The notes: generated by a model from the letters alone, not told the origin. A stretch of DNA of 64,000 nucleotides from an uncultured bacterium (GCA_964412225.1 CAYPNB010000003.1:58971-122970), one strand, 5' to 3'. Counted from the stretch's first letter, positions 27,350 to 37,306 are shown. Numbers and translations: made by a program.

Positions 27350-28677
27350 AGACGAGGGTACATCAGCAAAATTTAATCGGTATCCGACGGGAAGACAAAA
27401 ATATTTGGGAGCGACGTGTTCCCTTAACACCAAATCAAATTCGTCGTTTGATTAAAGAGTTTGGTATTAAATTCGTTGTCCAGAGTTCAGCGATAAGGGC
27501 TTATTCAGATGAAGATTTTCGCCAGGCGGGAGCCGAGGTGTGCGAAGAAATATCTGACTGTCCGATAGTTTTAGGGGTAAAAGAAATGCCCGTAACATTT
27601 TTTCGTCCCGGAGGCACATACCTCTATTTTGCCCACGTAATCAAAGGGCAAAGGCAAAACATGGAGATGTTAAAAAGACTGATGGAGTTGGAGTGTTCGT
27701 TAATTGAGTACGAGAAGGTTACCGATGACCAGGGGAGAAGGCTTCTTTTTTTCGGCCGATTTGCCGGAATTGCCGGAATGATTGATACACTTGCCGGAAT
27801 GGGGAGGAGGTTAAAATTTCTCGGATTGGAAACCCCTTTTGTAAAGGTTAAACAGGCCCATGAATATGTAAGAGTTAAGGAGGCACTGACGGCAATTAAT
27901 TCCGTTGGCGAACAGGTAAGGAAGGTCGGGTTACCAGTTAGCATATCGCCGTTAGTAATTGGCGTCACTGGCTATGGAAATGTCGCCCGGGGGGTAAAGG
28001 AAGTTTTAACTGCCTTGGGAACAAAAGAAATAAAACCCGCCGATTTGCCGGCATTGCTCGGGAGTGGTAACCGATTTAATGTTTATCAGGTCACTTTTCG
28101 AGAAGAAGATATGTTTGAACCCAAAGAGGCCGGACGCCAATTCAACCTTAATGAATATTATACTCAACCGGAATTATATCGCTCAAATTTTGAACGCCAC
28201 TTACCGTATCTCTCGGTTCTGGTTAATTGTATTTACTGGGACAACCGCTACCCCCGACTGGTGACAAAGGATTATCTCCGGCAGAAGTTTATTGATAACG
28301 ATTTAAGGTTAATAATAATCGGCGATATTTCCTGCGATATTGAAGGTTCAATTGAGGCAACGGTTAAAGCGACCAATCCGGGGGCACCGTTTTTCGTTTA
28401 TCATCCCTTGACGGAGAAGGTAACCGATGGTGTTGTTGGCGATGGAATTGTGCTAATGGCGGTTGACAATTTACCCTGTGAGCTGGCGCAGGACGCCTCA
28501 GAGGAATTCGGAGAGGCGCTGGTTCAATTTATCCCGGCAATCGCCCGCACCGATTTTCAGGCTCCATTAGACCGGTTGGAACTACCCCCACCAATCAGAA
28601 GGGCTTTGATCCTTCATCAAGGGAAACTGACTCCAGACTACAGGTATCTTGAAAAATTTATAAAAGAAAGGATTTGA
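27346..28677 (+). CDS. Lysine-ketoglutarate reductase (LKR, AASS N-terminal-domain-like)
   Basis: GIRREDKNIWERRVPLTP, LGVKE, FAHVIKGQ, FFGRFAGIAGMID, NCIYWD, DISCD, MAVDNLPCEL. Confidence 0.88.
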   Translation: MKTRVHQQNLIGIRREDKNIWERRVPLTPNQIRRLIKEFGIKFVVQSSAIRAYSDEDFRQAGAEVCEEISDCPIVLGVKEMPVTFFRPGGTYLYFAHVIKGQRQNMEMLKRLMELECSLIEYEKVTDDQGRRLLFFGRFAGIAGMIDTLAGMGRRLKFLGLETPFVKVKQAHEYVRVKEALTAINSVGEQVRKVGLPVSISPLVIGVTGYGNVARGVKEVLTALGTKEIKPADLPALLGSGNRFNVYQVTFREEDMFEPKEAGRQFNLNEYYTQPELYRSNFERHLPYLSVLVNCIYWDNRYPRLVTKDYLRQKFIDNDLRLIIIGDISCDIEGSIEATVKATNPGAPFFVYHPLTEKVTDGVVGDGIVLMAVDNLPCELAQDASEEFGEALVQFIPAIARTDFQAPLDRLELPPPIRRALILHQGKLTPDYRYLEKFIKERI

Positions 28678-28680
28678 TTT

Positions 28681-30006
28681 ATGAAGAGGGTGCTAATTCT
28701 TGGCGCCGGTCTTGTATCAAGGCCAATGGTTAATTATCTGCTGCAGTTACCTGATGTGGAAACGAACGTAGCAACCCGGACAGTAAAAAAAGCCGAAGAG
28801 TTAATTGGAGGACACCCAAGAGGGAAAGCGATCCCATTGCTAATTGAGGATGAAACAAATTTACATAAGTTAGTTCAAGAAGCGGATGTGGTGGTAAGTC
28901 TCCTGCCCTATATTTATCATCTCAACGTCGCCCGGCACTGTCTAGAGCTGAAGAAACACCTGATAACTACGTCTTATGTAAGTGAACAGATGCGGAGCCT
29001 ACACGATGCGGCAAAAAAGGCCGGCGTACTTTTCCTGAATGAAATTGGCCTTGACCCGGGAATTGACCACATGTCGGCAATGGCGATTATTGAACGAGTA
29101 AAGGACAACGGTGGTCGGATAATCAGTTTTGTTTCTTCCTGTGGTGGGCTACCCGCTCCGGAAGCCAATAATAACCCCCTGGGCTATAAGTTCTCCTGGA
29201 GTCCGAAGGGAGTATTGATGGCCGGAAGGAATGAAGCCCGTTTTCTAAAAAACGGAGAAGAAAAAGTTATCCCGGGTAACCGGCTTTTTGCCTCATACTG
29301 GAAATCGCAGATACCGGGTGTCGGTGAGTTGGAAGTATATCCCAATCGCAACTCATTGCCCTACATTGATCTTTATGGATTGAAGGGAATTAAAACGATG
29401 ATCAGGGCTACTTTGCGCAACCCGGGTTGGTGTGAATTTATGAATGCGATAGTAAACCTAGGATTAATAAAAGACGACCGGGTGAGAAACGATATCGCCA
29501 GACTAACCTATGCCCGTTGGCTGCGTGAGTTCGTCCCCGGTACCGGAAATTTACGGAGCGATGCGGCACTACAGTTGGGGGTACCCGAGGACCATCCGGT
29601 TATTCAAAAACTGGTCTGGTTGGGGCTCTTTGAGGAAAAAACAATTCCCCTGGCGACTGGCAACAACGTTGATATACTTGCTCAGTTAATGGTTGAACGA
29701 ATGTCGTACCAACCTGGGGAGAGGGATATGATCGTTCTCCACCATCAATTTGATGTAGAATATCCGGGACGGCCGGGAGAAAGAATAGATTCTACTTTAG
29801 TGGATTTTGGGATCCCGAACGGAGATTCAGCCATGGCTCGAACGGTAAGTTTGCCGGCAGCGATTGCGGTCCGGATGCTTCTGGAAGGCAGATTACCGCT
29901 TAGCGGAGTGCAGATTCCAGTGATAAAAGAAATCTATCAGCCGATTCTTGCTGAGCTGGAGACGCTAGGAATCAAATTTCAGGAACAAACGGCAATTATT
30001 AGTTAA
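28681..30006 (+). CDS. Saccharopine dehydrogenase (glutamate-forming, SDH/Lys9-like)
   Basis: LILGAGLV, TTSYVS, NEIGLDPGIDH, SCGGLPAPEA..NPLGYKFSWSP, TLRNPG, SAMARTVSLP. Confidence 0.92.
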   Translation: MKRVLILGAGLVSRPMVNYLLQLPDVETNVATRTVKKAEELIGGHPRGKAIPLLIEDETNLHKLVQEADVVVSLLPYIYHLNVARHCLELKKHLITTSYVSEQMRSLHDAAKKAGVLFLNEIGLDPGIDHMSAMAIIERVKDNGGRIISFVSSCGGLPAPEANNNPLGYKFSWSPKGVLMAGRNEARFLKNGEEKVIPGNRLFASYWKSQIPGVGELEVYPNRNSLPYIDLYGLKGIKTMIRATLRNPGWCEFMNAIVNLGLIKDDRVRNDIARLTYARWLREFVPGTGNLRSDAALQLGVPEDHPVIQKLVWLGLFEEKTIPLATGNNVDILAQLMVERMSYQPGERDMIVLHHQFDVEYPGRPGERIDSTLVDFGIPNGDSAMARTVSLPAAIAVRMLLEGRLPLSGVQIPVIKEIYQPILAELETLGIKFQEQTAIIS

Positions 30007-30527
30007 GGGTTTCCCTCCATAGAAAATTCCGGCAAACCGAACCAAAAGCCGGTTTTCAGTATGGAATCTATTTCCGCTTGAATTATTTCAATATGAGTTT
30101 GTTCTATTCCGGCAAGCCGCCGGAACAAATTTTGCGCGGAATGCGATTGTACTGTTGCCGCCTGTTGCAAGTAAAAATTTCGTGCCGAATTCTCCAGTTC
30201 CAACGCGGTTTGAAGAGCGGATAGTTCATTTTGTCCATTACTGCCTTTGATTCTAATACTTTTGTCTGACAATTTAGGAACCAACTGCTCCAGCCCTGAA
30301 TAAAAGGGGGTAAAATTGGCCCATTCTCTACGTTTCTGGAGAGCACGGACGTTTTCTTCGAGGACCTGCCAGTGATGGTATTCATCCAGTGCCAGTCTGA
30401 TGAACATATTTTTACCGCTGGTGTCCTTTGTCTGCCAAGCAAAATTGAGATACTGTCTCAGGCTTTCTTTCTCGGCCTCAATCGCTAGGGCGAGAATCGC
30501 CGTTTCTGTTTCGGTATCCATATTCAT
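30003..30527 (-). CDS. Ferritin-like/rubrerythrin-family diiron protein
   Basis: Two repeats with E..ExxH (AIEAE..LDEYHH; ALELE..IEQTH). Start moved to ATG 30527, downstream of the promoter. Confidence 0.82.
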   Translation of the reverse strand: MNMDTETETAILALAIEAEKESLRQYLNFAWQTKDTSGKNMFIRLALDEYHHWQVLEENVRALQKRREWANFTPFYSGLEQLVPKLSDKSIRIKGSNGQNELSALQTALELENSARNFYLQQAATVQSHSAQNLFRRLAGIEQTHIEIIQAEIDSILKTGFWFGLPEFSMEGNP

Positions 30528-30534
30528 CTGTTTT

Positions 30535-30562
30535 ATTTTACCCATACAATTAACTAATGCAA
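30535..30562 (-). promoter_or_regulatory. sigma70-type promoter (leaderless) of the ferritin-like gene
   Basis: TTGCAT-N16-TAAAAT, 7 nt to ATG 30527. Confidence 0.6.
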
Positions 30563-30569
30563 GCGGGTG

Positions 30570-30598
30570 TTGACTTTAAGCTATTGATAGAATAAAAT
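30570..30598 (+). promoter_or_regulatory. sigma70-type promoter of tRNA-Arg/tadA
   Basis: TTGACT-N17-TAAAAT, 12 nt before the tRNA. Confidence 0.75.
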
Positions 30599-30610
30599 GT
30601 AAACGGTGAT

Positions 30611-30684
30611 GCGCCCGTAGCTCAACTGGATAGAGTGCCGGACTACGAATCCGTAGGTTGCGCGTTCGAATCGCGCCGGGCGCA
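30611..30684 (+). tRNA. tRNA-Arg(ACG), CCA not encoded
   Basis: GCGCCCG acceptor stem, anticodon loop CTACGAA, TTCGAAT loop. Confidence 0.96.
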
Positions 30685-30700
30685 GTGGAAAAGGAGAATA

Positions 30701-31177
30701 GTGATTAATTATTCCACCGATGAAAAGTGGATGCGGGTTGCACTGACAGAAGCTGAAATCGCTCTTAAAGAAGGAGAGGTTCCGGTTGGTTGCGTGGTGG
30801 TCAAGGATGGGGCGATCATTGGCAGAGGCCACAACCGGGTTGAAACGCTTAAAGACCCTACCGCTCACGCCGAAATACTGGCTTTAACTGCGGCGGCCGC
30901 AACTTTAAATAACTGGCGCTTGAACGAGGCCACGGTATATATTACAATTGAACCCTGTTTGATGTGTACCGGGGCATTAATTCTGGCAAGACCCAGAAGA
31001 GTTGTATTTGGAGCTCGCGATGAAAAATTTGGCTGTCTGGGTTCGCAGTACGATATCGCCAGGGATAACCGATTTAATCACCGTTTAGAGGTTCAGGAAG
31101 GAATACTGGCGTCAGCAGCGGTAGAATTGCTCCAGAAGTTCTTTCAAGAAAGACGAAACTCAAAAAAATCTTCATGA
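30701..31177 (+). CDS. tadA: tRNA adenosine(34) deaminase
   Basis: [21 protein letters not shown]; GTG start with SD AAGGAG. Confidence 0.95.
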   Translation: MINYSTDEKWMRVALTEAEIALKEGEVPVGCVVVKDGAIIGRGHNRVETLKDPTAHAEILALTAAAATLNNWRLNEATVYITIEPCLMCTGALILARPRRVVFGARDEKFGCLGSQYDIARDNRFNHRLEVQEGILASAAVELLQKFFQERRNSKKSS

Positions 31178-31186
31178 TGTTAGTGA

Positions 31187-31275
31187 GGAGAGATGGCCGA
31201 GTGGACGAAGGCGCGTGACTCGAAATCACGTATACCCTTTAAGGGGTATCGGGGGTTCGAATCCCTCTCTCTCCG
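31187..31275 (+). tRNA. tRNA-Ser(CGA), long variable arm, CCA not encoded
   Basis: GGAGAGA/TCTCTCC acceptor stem, CGTGA-CTCGAAA-TCACG, variable arm ATACCC-TTTAA-GGGGTAT. Confidence 0.96.
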
Positions 31276-31294
31276 TTACCTTTCAAAGTAAGGG

Positions 31295-34200
31295 GTGATT
31301 AATTTGAAAAGACTTATCCCGTTTATTTTGTTTGTCGGCGTAATAAGTTTCCCCAACGCTGGTTTTGCCGATAGACTTACCATTGTTCGCCAAAAAGGGA
31401 CGAACCGAAAGCGAACAATTGATCTCAGCAAAAGATTGGTCCCGGCGGTTACCGTAATGCAAAACCAGACTGCGCCTTTTGCCAGATTTCGGTTTCAACC
31501 AAATGCCCGAGACATTGCCCGGATACAAAGGTTGCGAAGCGGTCAGGTTGATACAGTTCGGGTTTTGTGTCTGCGCGTTGAATTCGTGGAAGACACTACC
31601 CCTTTAACAACCGGAAACGGCAAAATGGATACTTTGGGGTTTCTCTCGCCAGATTCCGGGCTTTTTTACGACCCACCCCATTTTAAAAGTTATTTTGAAA
31701 GACAGATGGAAGGATTACGGAATTACTATCTCGCTCAATCCTTAGGTAAATTATATATTGACTTTCGGGTAATGCCCGAGGGGGAAAAGGCGGCTTATCA
31801 GTTACCCCGCCAGATGCAATTCTACGGGGATACCACTTCTTATGAAGGGATTGAGATGGGACTGGTAAGGCTGATGTATGATGCCTTTAAAATTGCCGAC
31901 CGGGACCCGCTAATCAACTTCAGCGATTATGACGAGTATATTATCTTTCATGCCGGGAGTGGTCTTCAAGCGGATTATGCTGTTGATGGCAAATTAGATA
32001 GTCCCTATGACCTCCTGGCCGGAGAAATACCTCCTGGTGCGATTGAAGCATACCTGGGAGTGCCTTATATTTTGGTAGAAGAAGGAAGAACGAGGATTGA
32101 ACAGGCAACAGTTCTACCCGAAATGATGCGACAGGATACCCTGACCGACAGAGGGGAGACCAACCTTGCCGGTATGGTAGGCTTGGCCGGGACGCTGGCA
32201 CACGAATTTGCCCATCTCCTGGGGGCTTATGACCTTTATGATGTTACCGGGGTAACAATGGGGGTGGGTGCCTGGAGTTTAATGGGTTATGGGGGGTGGC
32301 TGGGTGATTATGGTGCCGGGGCTCCCCCCGGTGTAATTCCCGCCTTTCTTGATGCCTATACTCGGATTAGATTAGGATTTATCGATCCGGTAGTAGTTAA
32401 TGTGCCACGGGAATCAATTCCGATTTACGCTGCTGCGGTTGATACCGGTTTTTTCTCCGTGCGCCCGGATAGCACCTTTGCCTATGTTATAAAAATTCCG
32501 GTCAATGCCAACGAATACTTCCTTCTGGAAAATCGCCAAACTGATATCCGCAAGCCCGATACGATTATTGTGGATGTTGAGGACGGTGTGCTGATTTCTG
32601 TAGAATCAAATGAGTATGATTTCTTTCAGCCCGGTTCCGGTATTTTAATCTGGCACATTGACGAAGCGGTAATCGCTGATTACGGTCCTTATAATGCCAT
32701 TAATATCTTCCCCGAACATAAGGGAGTTGACTTAGAAGAAGGTGATGGTATCCAGGATTTTGACGTTCCTTACTGGGAAACTTATAATCCTCAATACGAA
32801 ATTTACGGCTACAAATATGACCCATTTTCCAAACAGGGGTACAATGACCGTTTCAACGCCCGGACCAATCCCAATACCGACAGTTATACCGGCAGGACAT
32901 TTTTGAGGGTAGACGTTCTGGGTGTCAGAGACACGATAGACCGATTAAAAGACACGGTGATTTTTATCGGAGTAAACTGGGATCTCTATCAGCCGGGTTT
33001 TCCTGTTGACCAAGGAAGGGGTTCTCGTTTTCTTTCGGCGGTTACCGCGGACATCAACGGTGACGACACATTAGAGATTATAGTTATTGACAGTGCCGGT
33101 CAGGTAAGTATCTGGAAATCTGATGGCCGGGGTTACCGATACCCCAACGGGGCGTTTGTAAACATCGGCGCCGCTGCGGCTGCCAATTTAGCAGTTGGCG
33201 ACATTGCCCCCAATAGCGGACTGGAGATAGTTACCGTCGGTACTGACAGAAAAATACGGGTTTACGCCGCTACCGGTCAGAGTATTGCCGTAATCGGTAC
33301 CGCCGACCGGATAACCGTTGCTCCAACACTTGCCGACATTAACGGTGATGGATTAAAAGATATTATTTTGGGCTCAACAGACATGCGGCTTTATGCCTGG
33401 AACTATCGGGGTGAATCTTTACCCGGTTTCCCGGTGTTTATTGGCTCGGAAATAAGGGCGCCGGTAGCGATTACCGATACCTTGACCCCCCGAATTGTAC
33501 TTATTACCGGCGACAGCCGACTGTTTCTCATCAATCGGGATGGAACAGTGGCTTCCGGTTTCCCGCTTGTTTTAGGTGTTTCACCGTTTTATGCTGTCGC
33601 CCAACCGGTGGTGGCAGATTTTGACCGCGATGGCGTTGTAGAAATAGCAGTGGTAGCCGGCGGCGAGCATCATTATCGTCTTTATATCGTAGAGCAAGAC
33701 GGCACAGTTACCTATACCTCGCGGGAACTGGTGGAACACCCATTTTACGGCACGCTCGCGGCAGACGATTTAAACCGGGACGGGTATCTGGACATTATTG
33801 TTGCCTCCCGATATAAAATATTTGCCTTTAACCGTAATGCCACCCTGCTTACAAATTATCCATTTCTTAACGAGTCCACTTATGTTAAACGGGAACTTGC
33901 TGGCAACTGGATAATTACCTATGATGTACCGTTTGAATTTTATTCTTCACCGGTCCCCGCTGATCTGAATAATGACGGAGTTCCTGATTTAATTATCGGT
34001 TCGCCTAAATACGGCATTCTCGGATATAACGGAATCACTGGGGAACTCCTTGATTATTTCCCTTTAATGACCGCTGCCCCGGTAAGTGCTGTACCCCTGG
34101 TGTGGGATATTGACCGAGACGGCAATCTGGAAATTGCGGCGGGCGATGATCGGGGGGTATTTTACGTCTGGCAAATTCCCAGCTCAAATCCTTCTATTCG

Positions 34201-34567
34201 TTGGCCCTGTATCTATGGTGACCATTCTCATACCGGGTTATTTCCTATAGCGAAAATGTCTGAATTGCCGTCACCGGATAGCGCTGAACTGGTAGGGAAA
34301 TTCTTTGTGTATCCCAACCCGGCAGGTAAAAGTACGAACATTCGTTATTATTTAGGTGCGAGTGTTACCAAGGCGAGCCTGGTCGTCCTGGATATGAGCG
34401 GGCAACCGGTTACAAAAGAGACGGAAATAACACCCCTCCCGTTTGCTGACAACGAAACAACTTTGAATTTAGAAACCGTCCCCCCGGGGCTTTACGTCGT
34501 ACGGCTTAAGGTTGAAGGTCCTGAAAGAAAAGAAATCCGTTTCACCAAACTGGCAGTCGTTCGGTAA
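31295..34567 (+). CDS. Secreted M6 (immune inhibitor A-like) metalloprotease with 7 FG-GAP/VCBS repeats and C-terminal sorting domain
   Basis: AHEFAHLLGAYDLYD, Met-turn WSLMGYG, ENRQ; seven DxxxDG-type repeats; YPNP..GLYVVRL tail. Confidence 0.88.
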   Translation: MINLKRLIPFILFVGVISFPNAGFADRLTIVRQKGTNRKRTIDLSKRLVPAVTVMQNQTAPFARFRFQPNARDIARIQRLRSGQVDTVRVLCLRVEFVEDTTPLTTGNGKMDTLGFLSPDSGLFYDPPHFKSYFERQMEGLRNYYLAQSLGKLYIDFRVMPEGEKAAYQLPRQMQFYGDTTSYEGIEMGLVRLMYDAFKIADRDPLINFSDYDEYIIFHAGSGLQADYAVDGKLDSPYDLLAGEIPPGAIEAYLGVPYILVEEGRTRIEQATVLPEMMRQDTLTDRGETNLAGMVGLAGTLAHEFAHLLGAYDLYDVTGVTMGVGAWSLMGYGGWLGDYGAGAPPGVIPAFLDAYTRIRLGFIDPVVVNVPRESIPIYAAAVDTGFFSVRPDSTFAYVIKIPVNANEYFLLENRQTDIRKPDTIIVDVEDGVLISVESNEYDFFQPGSGILIWHIDEAVIADYGPYNAINIFPEHKGVDLEEGDGIQDFDVPYWETYNPQYEIYGYKYDPFSKQGYNDRFNARTNPNTDSYTGRTFLRVDVLGVRDTIDRLKDTVIFIGVNWDLYQPGFPVDQGRGSRFLSAVTADINGDDTLEIIVIDSAGQVSIWKSDGRGYRYPNGAFVNIGAAAAANLAVGDIAPNSGLEIVTVGTDRKIRVYAATGQSIAVIGTADRITVAPTLADINGDGLKDIILGSTDMRLYAWNYRGESLPGFPVFIGSEIRAPVAITDTLTPRIVLITGDSRLFLINRDGTVASGFPLVLGVSPFYAVAQPVVADFDRDGVVEIAVVAGGEHHYRLYIVEQDGTVTYTSRELVEHPFYGTLAADDLNRDGYLDIIVASRYKIFAFNRNATLLTNYPFLNESTYVKRELAGNWIITYDVPFEFYSSPVPADLNNDGVPDLIIGSPKYGILGYNGITGELLDYFPLMTAAPVSAVPLVWDIDRDGNLEIAAGDDRGVFYVWQIPSSNPSIRWPCIYGDHSHTGLFPIAKMSELPSPDSAELVGKFFVYPNPAGKSTNIRYYLGASVTKASLVVLDMSGQPVTKETEITPLPFADNETTLNLETVPPGLYVVRLKVEGPERKEIRFTKLAVVR

Positions 34568-37293
34568 TGCTAATTTTTACACTTTTCGGGCTATTGGTTA
34601 ACGGTTTACCAACACCCGATTCGTTAGCGAAATTAATGTTGAGATACCGCGATCCCAATAACATCCGACCACTACCATTTCCGAGTCCTCTTAAAATGAG
34701 AGAAAACAATGTTCAATTTCCAAGACCGATTATCGACAGTGTCATCCGGAGCGATTTTCTCTGTAACGACGATACCACTGGAGGATGCCAGCAAAGGACT
34801 CCAGATATTGCAATCGACCACGCGGGGAATTTTGTCGTTGTCTGGTGCGATTTTCGCGATGGTGATGCCGATGTCTGGTTCCAAAGATTTAATTCCACTG
34901 GGGAGCCGCTGGGGAGAAATGAACGAATTAACACCGATGTAACATTGGGCTGGCAGGGTGACCCAGCAGTAGCGATGGCCACCGGAAGGGGTTTTATCTG
35001 TTCATGGGAAGACAGGCGGGATATTGGTAACTCGGATGTGTTCTGTCAGCGGTTTGATTCAATCGGTAATCGATTAGCCGACAATTTCCGAGTGAGTGAT
35101 TCCGGAGTGCCGGGCGACCAGAGTATCTCTAGTGTTTGCGTCGCTCCTGATGGAACGGCTCTTGTTGTCTGGGACGACCGGCGCTACGGACTGACTGGCG
35201 ATATTTTCGCTCAGTTTCTTAACCCTGATGGAACGCGGCGAGGAACAAATTTCCGAGTAAATGACGACGGCGTCGGGATTGCCAATCAATACGAACCCGA
35301 TGTCAGCTGTGATGATTCGGGCAAGTTTGTCGTCGTATGGATGGATGGAAGGGGCAACAACCCTTCAGATTGGAATATATTTTGCCAGCGATTTGCTCCG
35401 GATGGTACCAGGTTAGGGGGAAACTTACAGGTAACGACCAATGACAGTATTCAGTGGACACCGCGCGTCAGCGCTTCTCCAAAAGGATGGTTTGTAATAT
35501 GCTGGGATGACCGCCGGCGCGGAGAATGGGATGTTTATGCCAGAATTTACAATAAGTCTGGACAGCCACTGGGTGGAGATTTTCGGATTCCACAGGAGGC
35601 GGGAACCAGTGACCAGTATGGCGGCGCTGTAGCAATAAACTTTTATGGAGAATGGCTTGCTGTCTGGGTTGATAAAAGAAACGGTGATGAGGACATTTAT
35701 GCCCAGCGATTTGATTCTGTCGGTAACAGACTAGGAGAGGAATTTAGAATAAACCTCGGTGGTGATGGTAACCAAAACTCGCCGGCGGTGGTCGCGTCTC
35801 CTGACGGTGGTTACTGGGTCACCTGGTGTGATTACCGTTCGGATAACTATGAAATCTATTGTCAGCGGATTGCGCGCGATGGTTCACTCATCGGTACTGA
35901 CTTTAAAGTAAATGACGACTCTGCAAGTGCCCATCAGCGCATTTCTTCTATCGCCATGGAACAAAAGGGGAATATCTGTATCACCTGGGAAGATGAAAGG
36001 GGAATCTCGTGTGATATTTATCGGGCGGTATTTGATTCCTTGGGCAGGGAATGCGGTGCCAATCTCCGTTTGAACGATGATCTTGGTACCGCTGCGCAGT
36101 ATTATGCCAGTGTTGCCGGTGGCAACGGGCGTTTTCTTGTCGCCTGGACCGATAACCGGGATGGATGGGATATTTATGCCCAACTACTGGATCGGGAAGG
36201 ATATCCGGTGGGTACCAATTTTCGGGTAAATACTGAGATTGGCAACACCTTCCAGTGGTACCCTTATTGTGCAATGGACTCTTTTAACCGGGCGGCAATC
36301 GTCTGGATGGATTACCGTATTGGCGGACCTCAGATTTATGCCCGAATTTACGATGAAAACGGTAATCCGACCGGCGATGAATTTCCTGTTTCTGATTCCA
36401 GTGCCGTTTGTTATTATGCCAGCGTGGCAATGAATGCCGCTGGTTTCTGGGTTGTAGCTTGGATGGATTACCGTGATGGCGGCGACGCCAATATTTACTG
36501 TCAGCTGTTCCGTCCTGACGGTTCCCGAATTGGATCCAATATTCGGGTGAATCGGGATACGGACAGAGTGTACCAGGGTTATCCTTCTTGTGCAATTGCA
36601 GAGAATCGCAGTATTGCGGTTGTTTGGGAAGATACCAGAAACGGTTGTTATAACGTTTACCTCCAATGGCTTGATTCCACGGGAAACTTTCTTGGAGACA
36701 ATGAACGAGTGGATGAAAATTCTGGTGAGATTGATTGTTATTCACCTAGTTGCGATTTTGACGAATTGGGGAGACTGGTTGTTGTTTTTAATGACGAACG
36801 AGAAGCCACCGGAAATCCACAAATTTATTGTCAGCGGTTTAATCCAGATCGGTCCCGAGCCGGTTATAATGTTAGGATCAACGAACCCAACTTGTTTCCC
36901 AAAAATACTCATTGGACCGTTGGCCAGAGTGTTGTGGCGAATTCTTCTCGTGTCGCCTTCACCTGGACCGAAAATCGTCGTCACCGAGGTTGGGATATTT
37001 ATGGCAAATTGACTGACTGGAATCTAATCGGGGTGGAACAACCGTTGTCCCAACCTCCTTTCTCTAATAAAATGGCCACAATTGTCAGTCGCCGGCAGCA
37101 ACTGGCGTTAACTCCGGAATCCCCCAATGCTGTTGTCCGGATTTACGATATTTCCGGACGGCAGCTGTATTGTTCCCGGTACCGGTTTTCCTCGGAAGAA
37201 ATTCAATTACAAAATTTCCGCGCCGGTGTCTATTTTTTTGAGGTCACGCAGGGCGGTGCGATTAAAAAGAGAATTAAGTTGATTGTTAACTAG
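34567..37293 (+). CDS. Secreted 14-repeat (W-x-D-x-R) protein, probable double beta-propeller, with C-terminal sorting domain
   Basis: 14 repeats of about 54 aa (F.VN..Q..P.VA..G.F.V.W.D.R.G..DIY.Q.F..G); LIGVE linker; GVYFFEV tail. Confidence 0.85.
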   Translation: MLIFTLFGLLVNGLPTPDSLAKLMLRYRDPNNIRPLPFPSPLKMRENNVQFPRPIIDSVIRSDFLCNDDTTGGCQQRTPDIAIDHAGNFVVVWCDFRDGDADVWFQRFNSTGEPLGRNERINTDVTLGWQGDPAVAMATGRGFICSWEDRRDIGNSDVFCQRFDSIGNRLADNFRVSDSGVPGDQSISSVCVAPDGTALVVWDDRRYGLTGDIFAQFLNPDGTRRGTNFRVNDDGVGIANQYEPDVSCDDSGKFVVVWMDGRGNNPSDWNIFCQRFAPDGTRLGGNLQVTTNDSIQWTPRVSASPKGWFVICWDDRRRGEWDVYARIYNKSGQPLGGDFRIPQEAGTSDQYGGAVAINFYGEWLAVWVDKRNGDEDIYAQRFDSVGNRLGEEFRINLGGDGNQNSPAVVASPDGGYWVTWCDYRSDNYEIYCQRIARDGSLIGTDFKVNDDSASAHQRISSIAMEQKGNICITWEDERGISCDIYRAVFDSLGRECGANLRLNDDLGTAAQYYASVAGGNGRFLVAWTDNRDGWDIYAQLLDREGYPVGTNFRVNTEIGNTFQWYPYCAMDSFNRAAIVWMDYRIGGPQIYARIYDENGNPTGDEFPVSDSSAVCYYASVAMNAAGFWVVAWMDYRDGGDANIYCQLFRPDGSRIGSNIRVNRDTDRVYQGYPSCAIAENRSIAVVWEDTRNGCYNVYLQWLDSTGNFLGDNERVDENSGEIDCYSPSCDFDELGRLVVVFNDEREATGNPQIYCQRFNPDRSRAGYNVRINEPNLFPKNTHWTVGQSVVANSSRVAFTWTENRRHRGWDIYGKLTDWNLIGVEQPLSQPPFSNKMATIVSRRQQLALTPESPNAVVRIYDISGRQLYCSRYRFSSEEIQLQNFRAGVYFFEVTQGGAIKKRIKLIVN

Positions 37294-37306
37294 CAAGGAG
37301 AGGAAA

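Noticed and set aside
30635-30700. N-terminal extension of TadA in the ORF track
   Set aside because: It is a read-through of the tRNA-Arg sequence; the likely start is GTG 30701 with an SD.
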